DNA of 60,528 bases from Patescibacteria group bacterium (GCA_036391995.1 DASVYU010000034.1:1-60528), one strand, 5' to 3'; positions 37,808 to 46,319 are shown, counted from the first letter of the stretch. Numbers and translations are program-made. Notes: generated by a model not told the origin, from the sequence alone.

Positions 37808-38767
37808 ATGGAAAATTTCTGGCAACAACTGAAAAAACCTTTTTTTGTGCTGGCGCCTATGGCGGATGTGACTGATTTTGCCCAGCGGCAGATGCTGGCC
37901 AAATATGGCAAGCCGGATGTGACCTACACGGAATTCGTCAGTGCTGATGGTCTTATGCATGAAAAGGGTAGGCAAGCTCTGCTTAAAGATCTCAAATTTG
38001 CCGAAAATGAGCGTCCTATCGTGGCGCAGATTTTCGGTGCTGATCCTGAAAATATCAAAAAGGCCGCAGCTCTGATAAGAGAGCTCGGTTTTGATGGCGT
38101 GGACATTAATATGGGTTGCCCTGACAAAGCTGTCATTAAGCAAGGAGCGGGCAGTGCGTTGATTAAAAATCCCAAATTGGCACGTGAGATTATTCGTGCC
38201 GCCAAAGAGGGAGCAGGGGACATGCCTGTCAGTGTGAAGACAAGAATTGGTTTCAATAAGAATGAGATGGAAACATGGCTGCCTGAAATTTTGGCGGAAA
38301 AACCAGTAGCATTGACTGTGCATCTGCGCACTAAAAAAGAAATGTCAGAAGTGGATGCGCATTGGGAGCTTATGCCTAGGATCGTGGAAATGGCCAGAAA
38401 GGAAGGCGTTATCATTATTGGCAATGGCGATGTGAAAAATCTTGCTGATGGTTTGCAAAAAGCTCAGGAATCAGGAGCTGACGGCATCATGGTGGGCAGG
38501 GGGGTATTCGGCAACCCTTGGTTTTTCAATAAACAGGAAGATGTCAGCGGTAAGACATTGCCAGAAAAATTGGCTGCCATGCTTGAGCATACCAAGTTTT
38601 TTGAAAAAGAAATTTCTTCTAAAAAAATCAAAGGTTTCCATGTCATGAAAAAGCATTTCAAGGCTTATATTAGCGGCTTTGACGGCGCCAAAGAAATGCG
38701 CGCCGCTTTCATGGAAGCGGAAAATGCAGAAGAAGTGGAAAGACTTGTGAAGAAATATTTGTCCTGA
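37808..38767 (+). CDS. tRNA-dihydrouridine synthase
   Basis: LAPMADVTD; TEFVS; QIFG; DINMGCP; VSVKTRIG; GNGD; IMVGRG. Confidence 0.93.
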   Translation: MENFWQQLKKPFFVLAPMADVTDFAQRQMLAKYGKPDVTYTEFVSADGLMHEKGRQALLKDLKFAENERPIVAQIFGADPENIKKAAALIRELGFDGVDINMGCPDKAVIKQGAGSALIKNPKLAREIIRAAKEGAGDMPVSVKTRIGFNKNEMETWLPEILAEKPVALTVHLRTKKEMSEVDAHWELMPRIVEMARKEGVIIIGNGDVKNLADGLQKAQESGADGIMVGRGVFGNPWFFNKQEDVSGKTLPEKLAAMLEHTKFFEKEISSKKIKGFHVMKKHFKAYISGFDGAKEMRAAFMEAENAEEVERLVKKYLS

Positions 38768-38806
38768 TGTTGTATAATAAAGTAGGTAACTTTTAAAGAA
38801 ACAAAA

Positions 38807-39169
38807 ATGAAAATTCTTATCCATTGGCTTCTTTCAGCTTTAGCGGTTGTGATCGCAGCATACCTGTTGCCGCAGGGAATATTTGTGAAAAGTTTTTTTG
38901 TGGCGTTGGTGGTCGCGGTGGTGCTGGGATTTCTCAATGCTGTCATCCGGCCGATTCTTATCGTGCTGACACTGCCGATTGAGATCCTGACGCTCGGGCT
39001 TTTCACTTTTGTCATAAATGCTGGATTAGTTATGCTGGCAAGCGCTGTCGTGCCTGGTTTCCAAGTGGCCAGCTTCTGGTGGGCGTTGGCTTTCAGCTTG
39101 ATTCTTTCAATTATCAACGCGGTGTTGCATCATTTTGAACCGCATGGAAACAGCGAGTCGGAAAAGTAG
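38807..39169 (+). CDS. YvlD/DUF360 'phage holin family' membrane protein
   Basis: LGFLNAVIRPILIVLTLPIEILTLGLFTFVINA. Confidence 0.9.
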   Translation: MKILIHWLLSALAVVIAAYLLPQGIFVKSFFVALVVAVVLGFLNAVIRPILIVLTLPIEILTLGLFTFVINAGLVMLASAVVPGFQVASFWWALAFSLILSIINAVLHHFEPHGNSESEK

Positions 39170-39188
39170 AAATTAAAAATGTAGATCA

Positions 39189-39394
39189 AAAAAGCAGGAG
39201 ATGATTTTTTGTTTTCCTAGTCTTCTTCGGACTGGACTACAAAAATGAATTCTAAACAAAAAACAGAGGTTTCATTTTTGTTCGCCTAGACTCCTTCGGA
39301 CCGGACTCCAAAAAAATCATCCCTTGCTTTTTGCGAAAGCATTCCTTTAGTCTTCTTCTGACAGGACTCCAAAAATAATCCCCTTGCTGTTTTT
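39189..39394. repeat. Three degenerate 30-bp direct repeats nested in inverted repeats
   Basis: Units at 39216, 39285 and 39346 (consensus CCTAGTCTTCTTCGGACxGGACTCCAAAAA); outer and inner inverted repeats. Confidence 0.75.
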
Positions 39395-39417
39395 AAGTGA
39401 AGCTTTATTGTTGTTTC

Positions 39418-40389
39418 TTACTTCTGCAGCTTATCATTCTCGATCTCATTGAGAATCTTCTTTATCTTCTCGATGCTATCCCAATCGTGGATGGAAATGA
39501 CCTGAACGTCGCCGCTTATCTTCTTGGCTTGCTTTATTTTCTCTTTCAATTCTTTTTCGCTTACCATGTCGCTACGGGAAATGATGATGTATTCAGGTTT
39601 TTCCAGTAGCTCCTGGTTGTATGAGTCCAGTTCTTCGCGAATAGTTTCATAGTCTTGCAGGATGTTCTCACTGTCAGCGGCTAGAAAATGGAAAAGTATT
39701 TTTGTGCGTTCAACGTGCTTGAGGAATTTGATGCCCAAGCCTTTGCCCTCGGAAGCGCCTTCGATGAGTCCTGGAATATCAGCCAGAATCAAGCCATAAT
39801 ATGCACCCAGATTGGGTTCCAAGGTGGTGAATTGGTAGTTGGCCACTTTGGCGCTGGCGTTGGTGAGCTCATTGAGCAGTGATGATTTTCCCACGTTGGG
39901 CAGACCAACGAAACCGATGTCTGCAATCATCTTGAGCTCCAATCTTATCTCGAACTCTTCGCCGGGTTTGCCTTCCTCAAATTCGGTAGGAGTGGTATTT
40001 TTGGATGAGCGGAAAAGGAAATTGCCGCGTCCACCGCGTCCACCTTTGGCGGCCACTATTTGCTGGCCATTCTTGGTTATTTCGCTGTCAACGCCAGTCT
40101 TTAGATTGTGGATTACAGTGCCGACTGGCACTTTCAAAACAAGGTCTTGTCCATCGGGTCCGTCGCAGAATTGGCCTTTGCCGTCGCGTCCATTTTGAGC
40201 GCCTAGCTGCTTTTTGTGGCGGAATTGACCCAGGGCTCCCAGGTCGTCGACACCCTCAAAAATGACGCTGCCGCCTCTGCCTCCGCTGCCTCCGGCTGGT
40301 CCAAGGCTCATTAGGTTCTTATTGAAAGCAGCAGAGCCTCTGCCGCCATGACCGGCTGTTATTTGGATTTTGACATCATCTATAAGCAT
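39418..40389 (-). CDS. obgE: GTPase ObgE/CgtA (probable start MLIDDVKI, 40389)
   Basis: Gly-rich Obg fold (GGSGGRGG); GLPNVGKS; YQFTTLEP; DIPG. Confidence 0.95.
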   Translation of the reverse strand: MLIDDVKIQITAGHGGRGSAAFNKNLMSLGPAGGSGGRGGSVIFEGVDDLGALGQFRHKKQLGAQNGRDGKGQFCDGPDGQDLVLKVPVGTVIHNLKTGVDSEITKNGQQIVAAKGGRGGRGNFLFRSSKNTTPTEFEEGKPGEEFEIRLELKMIADIGFVGLPNVGKSSLLNELTNASAKVANYQFTTLEPNLGAYYGLILADIPGLIEGASEGKGLGIKFLKHVERTKILFHFLAADSENILQDYETIREELDSYNQELLEKPEYIIISRSDMVSEKELKEKIKQAKKISGDVQVISIHDWDSIEKIKKILNEIENDKLQK

Positions 40390-40442
40390 AGGTGTGAAGC
40401 ATAACACAAAGGAGGGAAAATATCAAGAGGTCAGGGTTTTCA

Positions 40443-40490
40443 GAGGTTCAACCTTGGGCAAAGCTAAGGCGATTCAAAAGGTTGAACCTC
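40443..40490. repeat. REP-like inverted pair
   Basis: GAGGTTCAACCTT ... AAGGTTGAACCTC, a perfect 13-bp IR; each arm is self-palindromic. Confidence 0.7.
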
Positions 40491-40525
40491 GGCATAGCAG
40501 AACTATGGACATCAACTAAAATTTG

Positions 40526-40580
40526 TGCTATACTTAAGCTATAGAAACAGAGAGACGGGTGAAAGCCACGTCTTTTTGTC
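40526..40580 (+). promoter_or_regulatory. Extended -10 promoter plus GGGUGA-loop leader hairpin (copy C)
   Basis: TGc-TATACT, then AGACGGG-TGAAAG-CCACGTCT-TTTT. Confidence 0.6.
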
Positions 40581-40586
40581 TTTTTT

Positions 40587-40625
40587 ACCCCGTTAAATTC
40601 GCTTTGCGACATATTTAACTGGGGT
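40587..40625. repeat. REP-like hairpin
   Basis: ACCCCGTTAAAT-TCGC-TTT-GCGA-CAT-ATTTAACTGGGGT. Confidence 0.6.
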
Positions 40626-40655
40626 TAAGCCAAATAATAAATAAAAAACAAAAGC

Positions 40656-41240
40656 ATGAGTGAGCATAGATTTATTCCATCTATTGACGCTGGACCCGAA
40701 GAGATAAAAAAGCAGAAAGAAATAATAAACAGAGAGGGGAGTGAAGGCTCACTGGCTGTTCAAATTGGAAATGAAAGTGAGCAGGAGAAGCTTTATTTTG
40801 AGCGTAGAAATGAGGGCAAATATTTGAATTTGGAATCTTATATACGCGCGAATAAGATCATAATTGCTTCAGCTGAGGAAATCGGTACTGAGCCGTTTAT
40901 GAAAAATTTGCCGGCAGGAACAGGAGTTCTCTTGAATGGTAATTTTCTTACATGTGAGGATATAAACAAAGGTCCGAAGGAATATCAGGGGCATACTGTG
41001 ATATATGTGGATGGTCAAAAGAACCTCTCGCTCGCTTACATTAAAGAGCAAGGCATTGCATCCTTGCAGTCTAATAATCTTTCGAGAAGGAAAGAGGTAG
41101 TTGAGGAATTGAAATCGCTCAATTTCATTTTGCAAGATTATGATTCTATAGTGAAGCCTTTCGCCCATGAGGTTATCAAATATGTGAAAAGCAATAAGGA
41201 GGCGCAGGAAAAGGAAAAGAGGGACTCATTTGATTTCTAA
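40656..41240 (+). CDS. Hypothetical protein (194 aa)
   Basis: Long ORF with its own promoter; no recognisable motif. Confidence 0.75.
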   Translation: MSEHRFIPSIDAGPEEIKKQKEIINREGSEGSLAVQIGNESEQEKLYFERRNEGKYLNLESYIRANKIIIASAEEIGTEPFMKNLPAGTGVLLNGNFLTCEDINKGPKEYQGHTVIYVDGQKNLSLAYIKEQGIASLQSNNLSRRKEVVEELKSLNFILQDYDSIVKPFAHEVIKYVKSNKEAQEKEKRDSFDF

Positions 41241-41310
41241 GTGAGTTTTATGATAAGCACGCTAGGCGTGCTTTTTGCATTTTATTCGGTTATGTGTAAA
41301 GATAGGCTTT

Positions 41311-42585
41311 ATGAAAAAAATTATATCTGAACAATTCGATGTGCTAGTTATCGGCGGGGGAGCTGCTGGCCTTATGGCGGCTGGCAGAGCAGCTGAAAAG
41401 GGCGCTCGCGTGGCCTTGGTTGAGAAGAACGACCGCTATGGGATCAAGGTTCTCATGACGGGAAACGGCCGCTGCAACGTGACACAGGACGCTGACAATA
41501 TGGTGGAATTTTCCAAAGCCTACAAGAATGGCCTGCCCGAAGGCCGCGGCCAGGGTAGATTTTTGCTGTCTGCTTTCAATGCTTTTGCTCCATCCGATAT
41601 GCGGGCCTTTTTGGCAAAGCGCGGCGTGGCAACCAAGGTGGAGAAAAATGGCAAAGTTTATCCAGCCAGTGACCAAAGCAAAGACATCGTGAAAACGCTC
41701 TATCAATATTGCCGTGAGAACATGGTTACTTTTTTCAATACTGAAGATGTGCTTGATGTGGTGAGGAATGGAAATGCTATTGATAGAATAATCACCAAGA
41801 AAAAAGAGATCTCCGCTGAGAAATATATCTTGGCTACAGGCGGAAAATCCTATCCGCATACAGGTTCCAATGGGGAAGGATTCAAATGGGCGCACAAGCT
41901 TGGCCACACGATCATTGAACCTCAGCCGTGCCTGGTGCCAATCAAGGTTTCGGAAGCTTGGATTGAAAAAGCGCAAGGTATTTCTGCACACAATGTAACG
42001 CTGAATGTTTTCCAGAATAATAAGAAAATCGCCAGCGAAAATGGGGACATCATGTTAGCGCACTATGGCCTGAGTGGTCCGGCCGCGCTTAATATAAGCA
42101 GAGAAATAAGAAAGATTTTGAGTAATGGAGGGGTTAAGCTTGAAATAGATCTTAAGCCAGAACTTTCCTTTGAAAAACTGGATGAGATTATCCGCAAAGA
42201 TTTCGAATCAAACAGCAACAAGAATCTGGGCAATTGCCTCAAGGATTTCGCCAGCCCCAAAATGCTGGAGCTTATCATTGAATTGTCTGGAATCGATGAA
42301 CAATTGCACGCCAGCAGAATAAGCAAGGAGGACCGCAGGAAAATCGCGCATCTTTTCAAGAACATGACACTGACCGTTCAGGAGCTTTTCGGCTTCGAGA
42401 AAGCCATGGTGACGAGTGGAGGAATTTCCACTAAGGAAATAGACTCAAGAACAATGAAATCCAAATTGATTGAAAACCTTTTCTTTGCTGGTGAGGTTAT
42501 TGATGCCGATGGTCCGACTGGCGGATATAATCTTCAAATGTGCTGGTCTACAGGCTTTCTGGCTGGCCAGAGCGCTGCCGAATAA
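41311..42585 (+). CDS. HI0933/YhiN(BaiN)-family flavoprotein; probable start 41311
   Basis: GGGAAG; KVLMTGNGRCNVT; ATGGKSYP; VTSGG; GEVIDADGPTGGYNLQ. Confidence 0.93.
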   Translation: MKKIISEQFDVLVIGGGAAGLMAAGRAAEKGARVALVEKNDRYGIKVLMTGNGRCNVTQDADNMVEFSKAYKNGLPEGRGQGRFLLSAFNAFAPSDMRAFLAKRGVATKVEKNGKVYPASDQSKDIVKTLYQYCRENMVTFFNTEDVLDVVRNGNAIDRIITKKKEISAEKYILATGGKSYPHTGSNGEGFKWAHKLGHTIIEPQPCLVPIKVSEAWIEKAQGISAHNVTLNVFQNNKKIASENGDIMLAHYGLSGPAALNISREIRKILSNGGVKLEIDLKPELSFEKLDEIIRKDFESNSNKNLGNCLKDFASPKMLELIIELSGIDEQLHASRISKEDRRKIAHLFKNMTLTVQELFGFEKAMVTSGGISTKEIDSRTMKSKLIENLFFAGEVIDADGPTGGYNLQMCWSTGFLAGQSAAE

Positions 42586-42636
42586 ACATCTTTTGATATT
42601 TGTAGTATGTTACGTAACGATTAACGTAACAAAACT

Positions 42637-43045
42637 ATGCTTAACTTTTGGGCCGTGCTTGTTGCTGCCATCATCACTATGGTTATTGGAGGCCTTTGGT
42701 ATTCCACTGCATTGTTTGGAAAAATGTGGATGGAACATTCCGGCATGACCAGGATGAAAATAGAACAGGCCAAAAAAGAAGGCATGGGTAGCGCCTACGT
42801 GACGCTTTTTATTGGTGCCATCATCATGGCTTATATGTTGGCATATGTTATTCAAGTCGCTGCTGCAGTTACTGTCAGTCAGGGATTACTGGTGGCTTCC
42901 GGTTTATGGCTGGGTTTTGTTGCGACAACTTTTTTGGGCAGCGTGCTGTTTGAAAAAAAAGCCTTTGGGATATTATTGGATACACACATTGCATTATTTG
43001 GTGGTTCTTTTGATAGACAGCATAATCTTGATCCTTTGGAAATAA
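42637..43045 (+). pseudogene. DUF1761-family membrane protein frameshifted at an A8 run (42953-42960)
   Basis: N-part (IGGLWYS...FGKMWM...WLGFVA) runs to FEKK. The family-like C-terminus PLGYYWIHTLHYLVVLLIDSIILILWK* is in another frame; deleting one A restores a 135-aa ORF. Confidence 0.75.
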
Positions 43046-43241
43046 TAAAAATGTGCTCGATAGAGCCCAATTGTCTGCTTTATTGGATCCAGCCCAATAT
43101 CTATGTTAATGATTGACAAAGCAAGAGAATTGGCGTATACTGGGCTTAGTTGTAAGTGTCTTACTGGTTTTCGCCTTTTGTGCAGAAAATTAAGAGAAGA
43201 GGTCGCCTTACAAAGTTAACAAGTTCACAAAAGCGAAAACT

Positions 43242-43535
43242 ATGGCAACAAAGCTATACGTGGGAGGTCTTCCGTATTCAACTACGGATGCTGAGCTCCA
43301 AGAGCACTTCTCACAAGCAGGAAATGTGACTTCAGCCATCATTATCATGGATAAGATGACTGGCCGCTCGAAAGGTTTCGGATTCGTTGAGATGTCTTCT
43401 GATGAAGAAGCTCAGAAAGCGATCGAAATGTTCGACAAGAAGGAATTCGGCGGACGCACATTGACTGTCAACGAAGCTCGCCCAATGGAAGCTCGTCCTC
43501 CAAGACGTGATTTCAACGGCGGAAATAGATACTAG
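43242..43535 (+). CDS. RRM RNA-binding protein
   Basis: RNP2 LYVGGL; RNP1 KGFGFVEM; TVNEARP. Confidence 0.96.
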   Translation: MATKLYVGGLPYSTTDAELQEHFSQAGNVTSAIIIMDKMTGRSKGFGFVEMSSDEEAQKAIEMFDKKEFGGRTLTVNEARPMEARPPRRDFNGGNRY

Positions 43536-43556
43536 TCTCAGACTGATTTCTATAAC

Positions 43557-43585
43557 AAAAAACACTCCCTTGGGGAGTGTTTTTT
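43557..43585 (+). terminator. Intrinsic terminator
   Basis: AAAAAACACTCC / GGAGTGTTTTTT. Confidence 0.8.
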
Positions 43586-43608
43586 GTGTGGACAAATGCT
43601 CGAAAAAA

Positions 43609-43660
43609 TGCTAAAATAGAAGCAGATATTTGAAAAGACAGGGTGAGCTCTGTCTTTTTG
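43609..43660 (+). promoter_or_regulatory. Extended -10 promoter plus GGGUGA-loop leader hairpin (copy D)
   Basis: TGc-TAAAAT, then AAAAGACAGGG-TGAG-CTCTGTCTTTT. Confidence 0.6.
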
Positions 43661-43686
43661 TCTTTTAAATCGATTAAAACAAAAAT

Positions 43687-43968
43687 ATGATCAGAGTAGA
43701 CGGGCACACATTTTGGCGCGGAGGCGAGAAAGTCGGTTTCATTGAGGACAATCACATCAAGAATTATGATGGCGACAGGGTGGGATATTATATCGACGAG
43801 CATATTTACAACAGCCGCGATCATAAAGTCGCCTATCTTCTGGATGATTACATCTGTTTCACTGATTCTTCCAAGAAGATCAGGATTGAAGACAATAACA
43901 AAGATGTTTATGGCGGCAGCTTGAACAATGTTCAAAGAGCAGCTGTCAGAGTTTTGCTGGGGGAATAA
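43687..43968 (+). CDS. Small beta-repeat hypothetical protein (93 aa)
   Basis: Repeated G.KVG[FY]I...I / KVAYL hairpin units. Confidence 0.75.
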   Translation: MIRVDGHTFWRGGEKVGFIEDNHIKNYDGDRVGYYIDEHIYNSRDHKVAYLLDDYICFTDSSKKIRIEDNNKDVYGGSLNNVQRAAVRVLLGE

Positions 43969-43990
43969 TATCTTCAAATCTCTTAGAGTT

Positions 43991-44737
43991 ATGGGAGGTG
44001 TGGATTTCAAAAACAAAAGGCTTAATCAGAAGGTTTTTTCAAAAAAAGCCGTTAGAGCAGAATCGAAGCTTAGAAGCCGTGCCTATCGTGAGATAATGCA
44101 GGACAAAGTCACTGCGCATGTCATTGATAAGGCTGCGGAAAAGAGGGTTTTTTATGATGCGCTGCGCAAAAGAGGACTGGCCTCAGGCAAAGGTATTACC
44201 AAGAAAGTAATGAAGCAGGTCTTGGGAGACATTGAACATAGCGGTGAGTTCAGTCACAAGGAAATGCATACTTTGGGAGAGCATTTGATTGGTGGTCCAG
44301 CTTCAGGACGCATCATACGTGAACACAAGCCGCAACCTTCTCATGAGTCAAAAGAAACAGCAAAGCCACGGGTGGACATGCGTAAAATAATCGATGAAAT
44401 AAGATCAAAAAGCCCTTATGGATCGAAAGCTGTTTCAGGAAGTGAAGGCAATACTTCAAGTGCGAGCAGTAATGTATCTAAGTCTAGAATAAATACATCT
44501 TTTGGTGTTAGTGACAAAAATATTCGCGCCGCCGAAGAGCGTAAAATTTTCAAAAGTTTTGAGCCAAGAAGAGAAAGCATGGAAAACAATAGTCAGGCTT
44601 TTGGGCATATCCCCAAAACGCTGCGCAACTTCAATGATCATGCTGACATTAGTGAAGTGAGATCCATGCTTGCTAAGATCCAAGACAAGGCGGATAATTA
44701 TGACGAAGATGACGAAGACCTTAAACAAGCAGTCTAA
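43991..44737 (+). CDS. Basic hypothetical protein (probable start 43991, 248 aa)
   Basis: Long ORF following 43968; low-complexity C-terminal half. Confidence 0.7.
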   Translation: MGGVDFKNKRLNQKVFSKKAVRAESKLRSRAYREIMQDKVTAHVIDKAAEKRVFYDALRKRGLASGKGITKKVMKQVLGDIEHSGEFSHKEMHTLGEHLIGGPASGRIIREHKPQPSHESKETAKPRVDMRKIIDEIRSKSPYGSKAVSGSEGNTSSASSNVSKSRINTSFGVSDKNIRAAEERKIFKSFEPRRESMENNSQAFGHIPKTLRNFNDHADISEVRSMLAKIQDKADNYDEDDEDLKQAV

Positions 44738-44766
44738 AACTCAAAAAATAAAATAACAAAAAACAA

Positions 44767-45816
44767 ATGTTGGATAAAATTTTCTTAGCGATGTTGGTTT
44801 TCATTCCGGTCACGGCAATCGGAAGTTTTTTGCATCTTTCTCCTTCCATTTTGTTTTTTCTTTCAGCTTTAGCAATTGTGCCACTGGCCAAATATATCGG
44901 TGAGGGAACAGAGGAATTGGCAGTCTACACTGGTCCAGCGGTTGGTGGTCTGCTTAATGCGACCTTCGGCAATGCGACCGAATTCATTATCAGCATCTTT
45001 GCTTTGCAGGCTGGTTTGGTGGAAGTAGTGAAAGCTTCAATTACCGGTGCTATTATTGGCAATCTTCTTTTAGTGCTGGGAACAGCAATGTTTGTGGGTG
45101 GGTGGAACAGAAAAAAACAAGAGTTCAACAAGACTGCTTCCATGGCCACGGGATCGACGCTTTTACTAGCCGTGATTGCGCTTGTGATCCCTGCAATTTT
45201 TCTGCTGACAGCTCCCAAAGCGGGCAGCATGGTTATTGAAGAGCTAAGCATCTTCGTTTCCGTTTTCATGATCGTGCTGTACATTGCTAGCATTTTCTTT
45301 ACTCTCGTGACGCATAAGCATTTGTATGCCGAAGAAGTTGGAAAGGCGGAGGCTAATTGGAGTAAAGCAAAAAGCCTTTTGGTGCTCATTTTTGCCACTG
45401 TTGGAGTAGCTTGGATGTCGGAAATATTAGTTAGTTCGATCGAACCTATTGTGAAAAGCTTAGGATGGACGGAGCTTTTCATTGGTATTGTTGTGGTGGC
45501 TGTGGTTGGTAATGCTGCAGAACACACCAGTGCCATCGTGATGGCGATGAAAAACAAGATGGATCTGGCTATTCAAGTCAGCGTGGGAAGTGCTACGCAG
45601 ATTGTGATGTTTGTAGCGCCGCTACTTGTTATGCTTAGTCTGTTTTTCAGGGAACCTATGAGTCTTATTTTTAACACTTTCGAACTGATCGCCATTGTGC
45701 TTTCTGTGCTGATTGTCAATTTCGTAGTGGAAGATGGTGAAAGCAATTGGCTAGAAGGGTTGCAGCTTATGATGGCATACGCGATCATTGCGGTGGCATT
45801 CTTCTTTCATCCCTAA
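44767..45816 (+). CDS. Ca2+/H+ exchanger (CaCA, cax/ChaA-like)
   Basis: alpha-1 GLLNATFGNATE; alpha-2 GNAAEH...GSATQI. Confidence 0.93.
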   Translation: MLDKIFLAMLVFIPVTAIGSFLHLSPSILFFLSALAIVPLAKYIGEGTEELAVYTGPAVGGLLNATFGNATEFIISIFALQAGLVEVVKASITGAIIGNLLLVLGTAMFVGGWNRKKQEFNKTASMATGSTLLLAVIALVIPAIFLLTAPKAGSMVIEELSIFVSVFMIVLYIASIFFTLVTHKHLYAEEVGKAEANWSKAKSLLVLIFATVGVAWMSEILVSSIEPIVKSLGWTELFIGIVVVAVVGNAAEHTSAIVMAMKNKMDLAIQVSVGSATQIVMFVAPLLVMLSLFFREPMSLIFNTFELIAIVLSVLIVNFVVEDGESNWLEGLQLMMAYAIIAVAFFFHP

Positions 45817-45844
45817 ACGGGACAAAATTGTAATATAAAAATCA

Positions 45845-45870
45845 AGGCTCATGCGCTTGCGCATGAGCCT
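45845..45870. terminator. Bidirectional terminator
   Basis: AGGCTCATGCGC-TT-GCGCATGAGCCT between convergent genes. Confidence 0.75.
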
Positions 45871-45893
45871 CTTATATTTCAGATGAAAAGCAG

Positions 45894-46307
45894 TCATTGT
45901 TTCATGCTGAATTTCCTTTTGCGTGGAAACATTTCCACAACCTTGCATTCTTCTGGGGCAGTGTGTTTCTTATGTGTACATACAAATCTGCCAACGACAA
46001 ACACCCAGGTTTTGTCGCTGATAGCATTGCTGCCGCAGACGCCTCTCGTGAAGAGTCCTGCTTGCGGTGACAAATCGAAAGTGGATCCCGGAAGTATGTT
46101 GTTGATATCTCCTCCGGACGGTGTGAATGTCAAAGGACAACGTGGCAGATTATCGGCGGAGATGTTTACAAAATATATTCCATCGCAGCCTCGGCCATTT
46201 TCGTCGGGTGGCAGTATGGTGAAAACATCTCCGAAGCGCAGTTGTCTGTAGAGGCGACTGTATGCAACAGTGTTCTTGAATCTTTCGAAAGAATAGGTTT
46301 CTGACAT
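45894..46307 (-). CDS. Hypothetical protein (137 aa, Cys-containing)
   Basis: SD AGGAGG upstream. Confidence 0.7.
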   Translation of the reverse strand: MSETYSFERFKNTVAYSRLYRQLRFGDVFTILPPDENGRGCDGIYFVNISADNLPRCPLTFTPSGGDINNILPGSTFDLSPQAGLFTRGVCGSNAISDKTWVFVVGRFVCTHKKHTAPEECKVVEMFPRKRKFSMKQ

Positions 46308-46319
46308 GGCGGAACCTCC

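Noticed and set aside
38807-39169. 'Phage holin' as evidence of a prophage
   Set aside because: YvlD/DUF360-type membrane protein among housekeeping genes; no lysin, capsid or terminase nearby.
39216-39375. 30-bp repeats with 39- and 31-bp gaps resembling a mini CRISPR array
   Set aside because: Only three degenerate units; the 'spacers' are related to each other or to the flanks and form inverted repeats; no cas operon.
42637-43116. The 159-aa ORF-track product as the true DUF1761 protein
   Set aside because: Its tail after FEKK is non-hydrophobic; the family-like end is in the shifted frame, ending at 43045.
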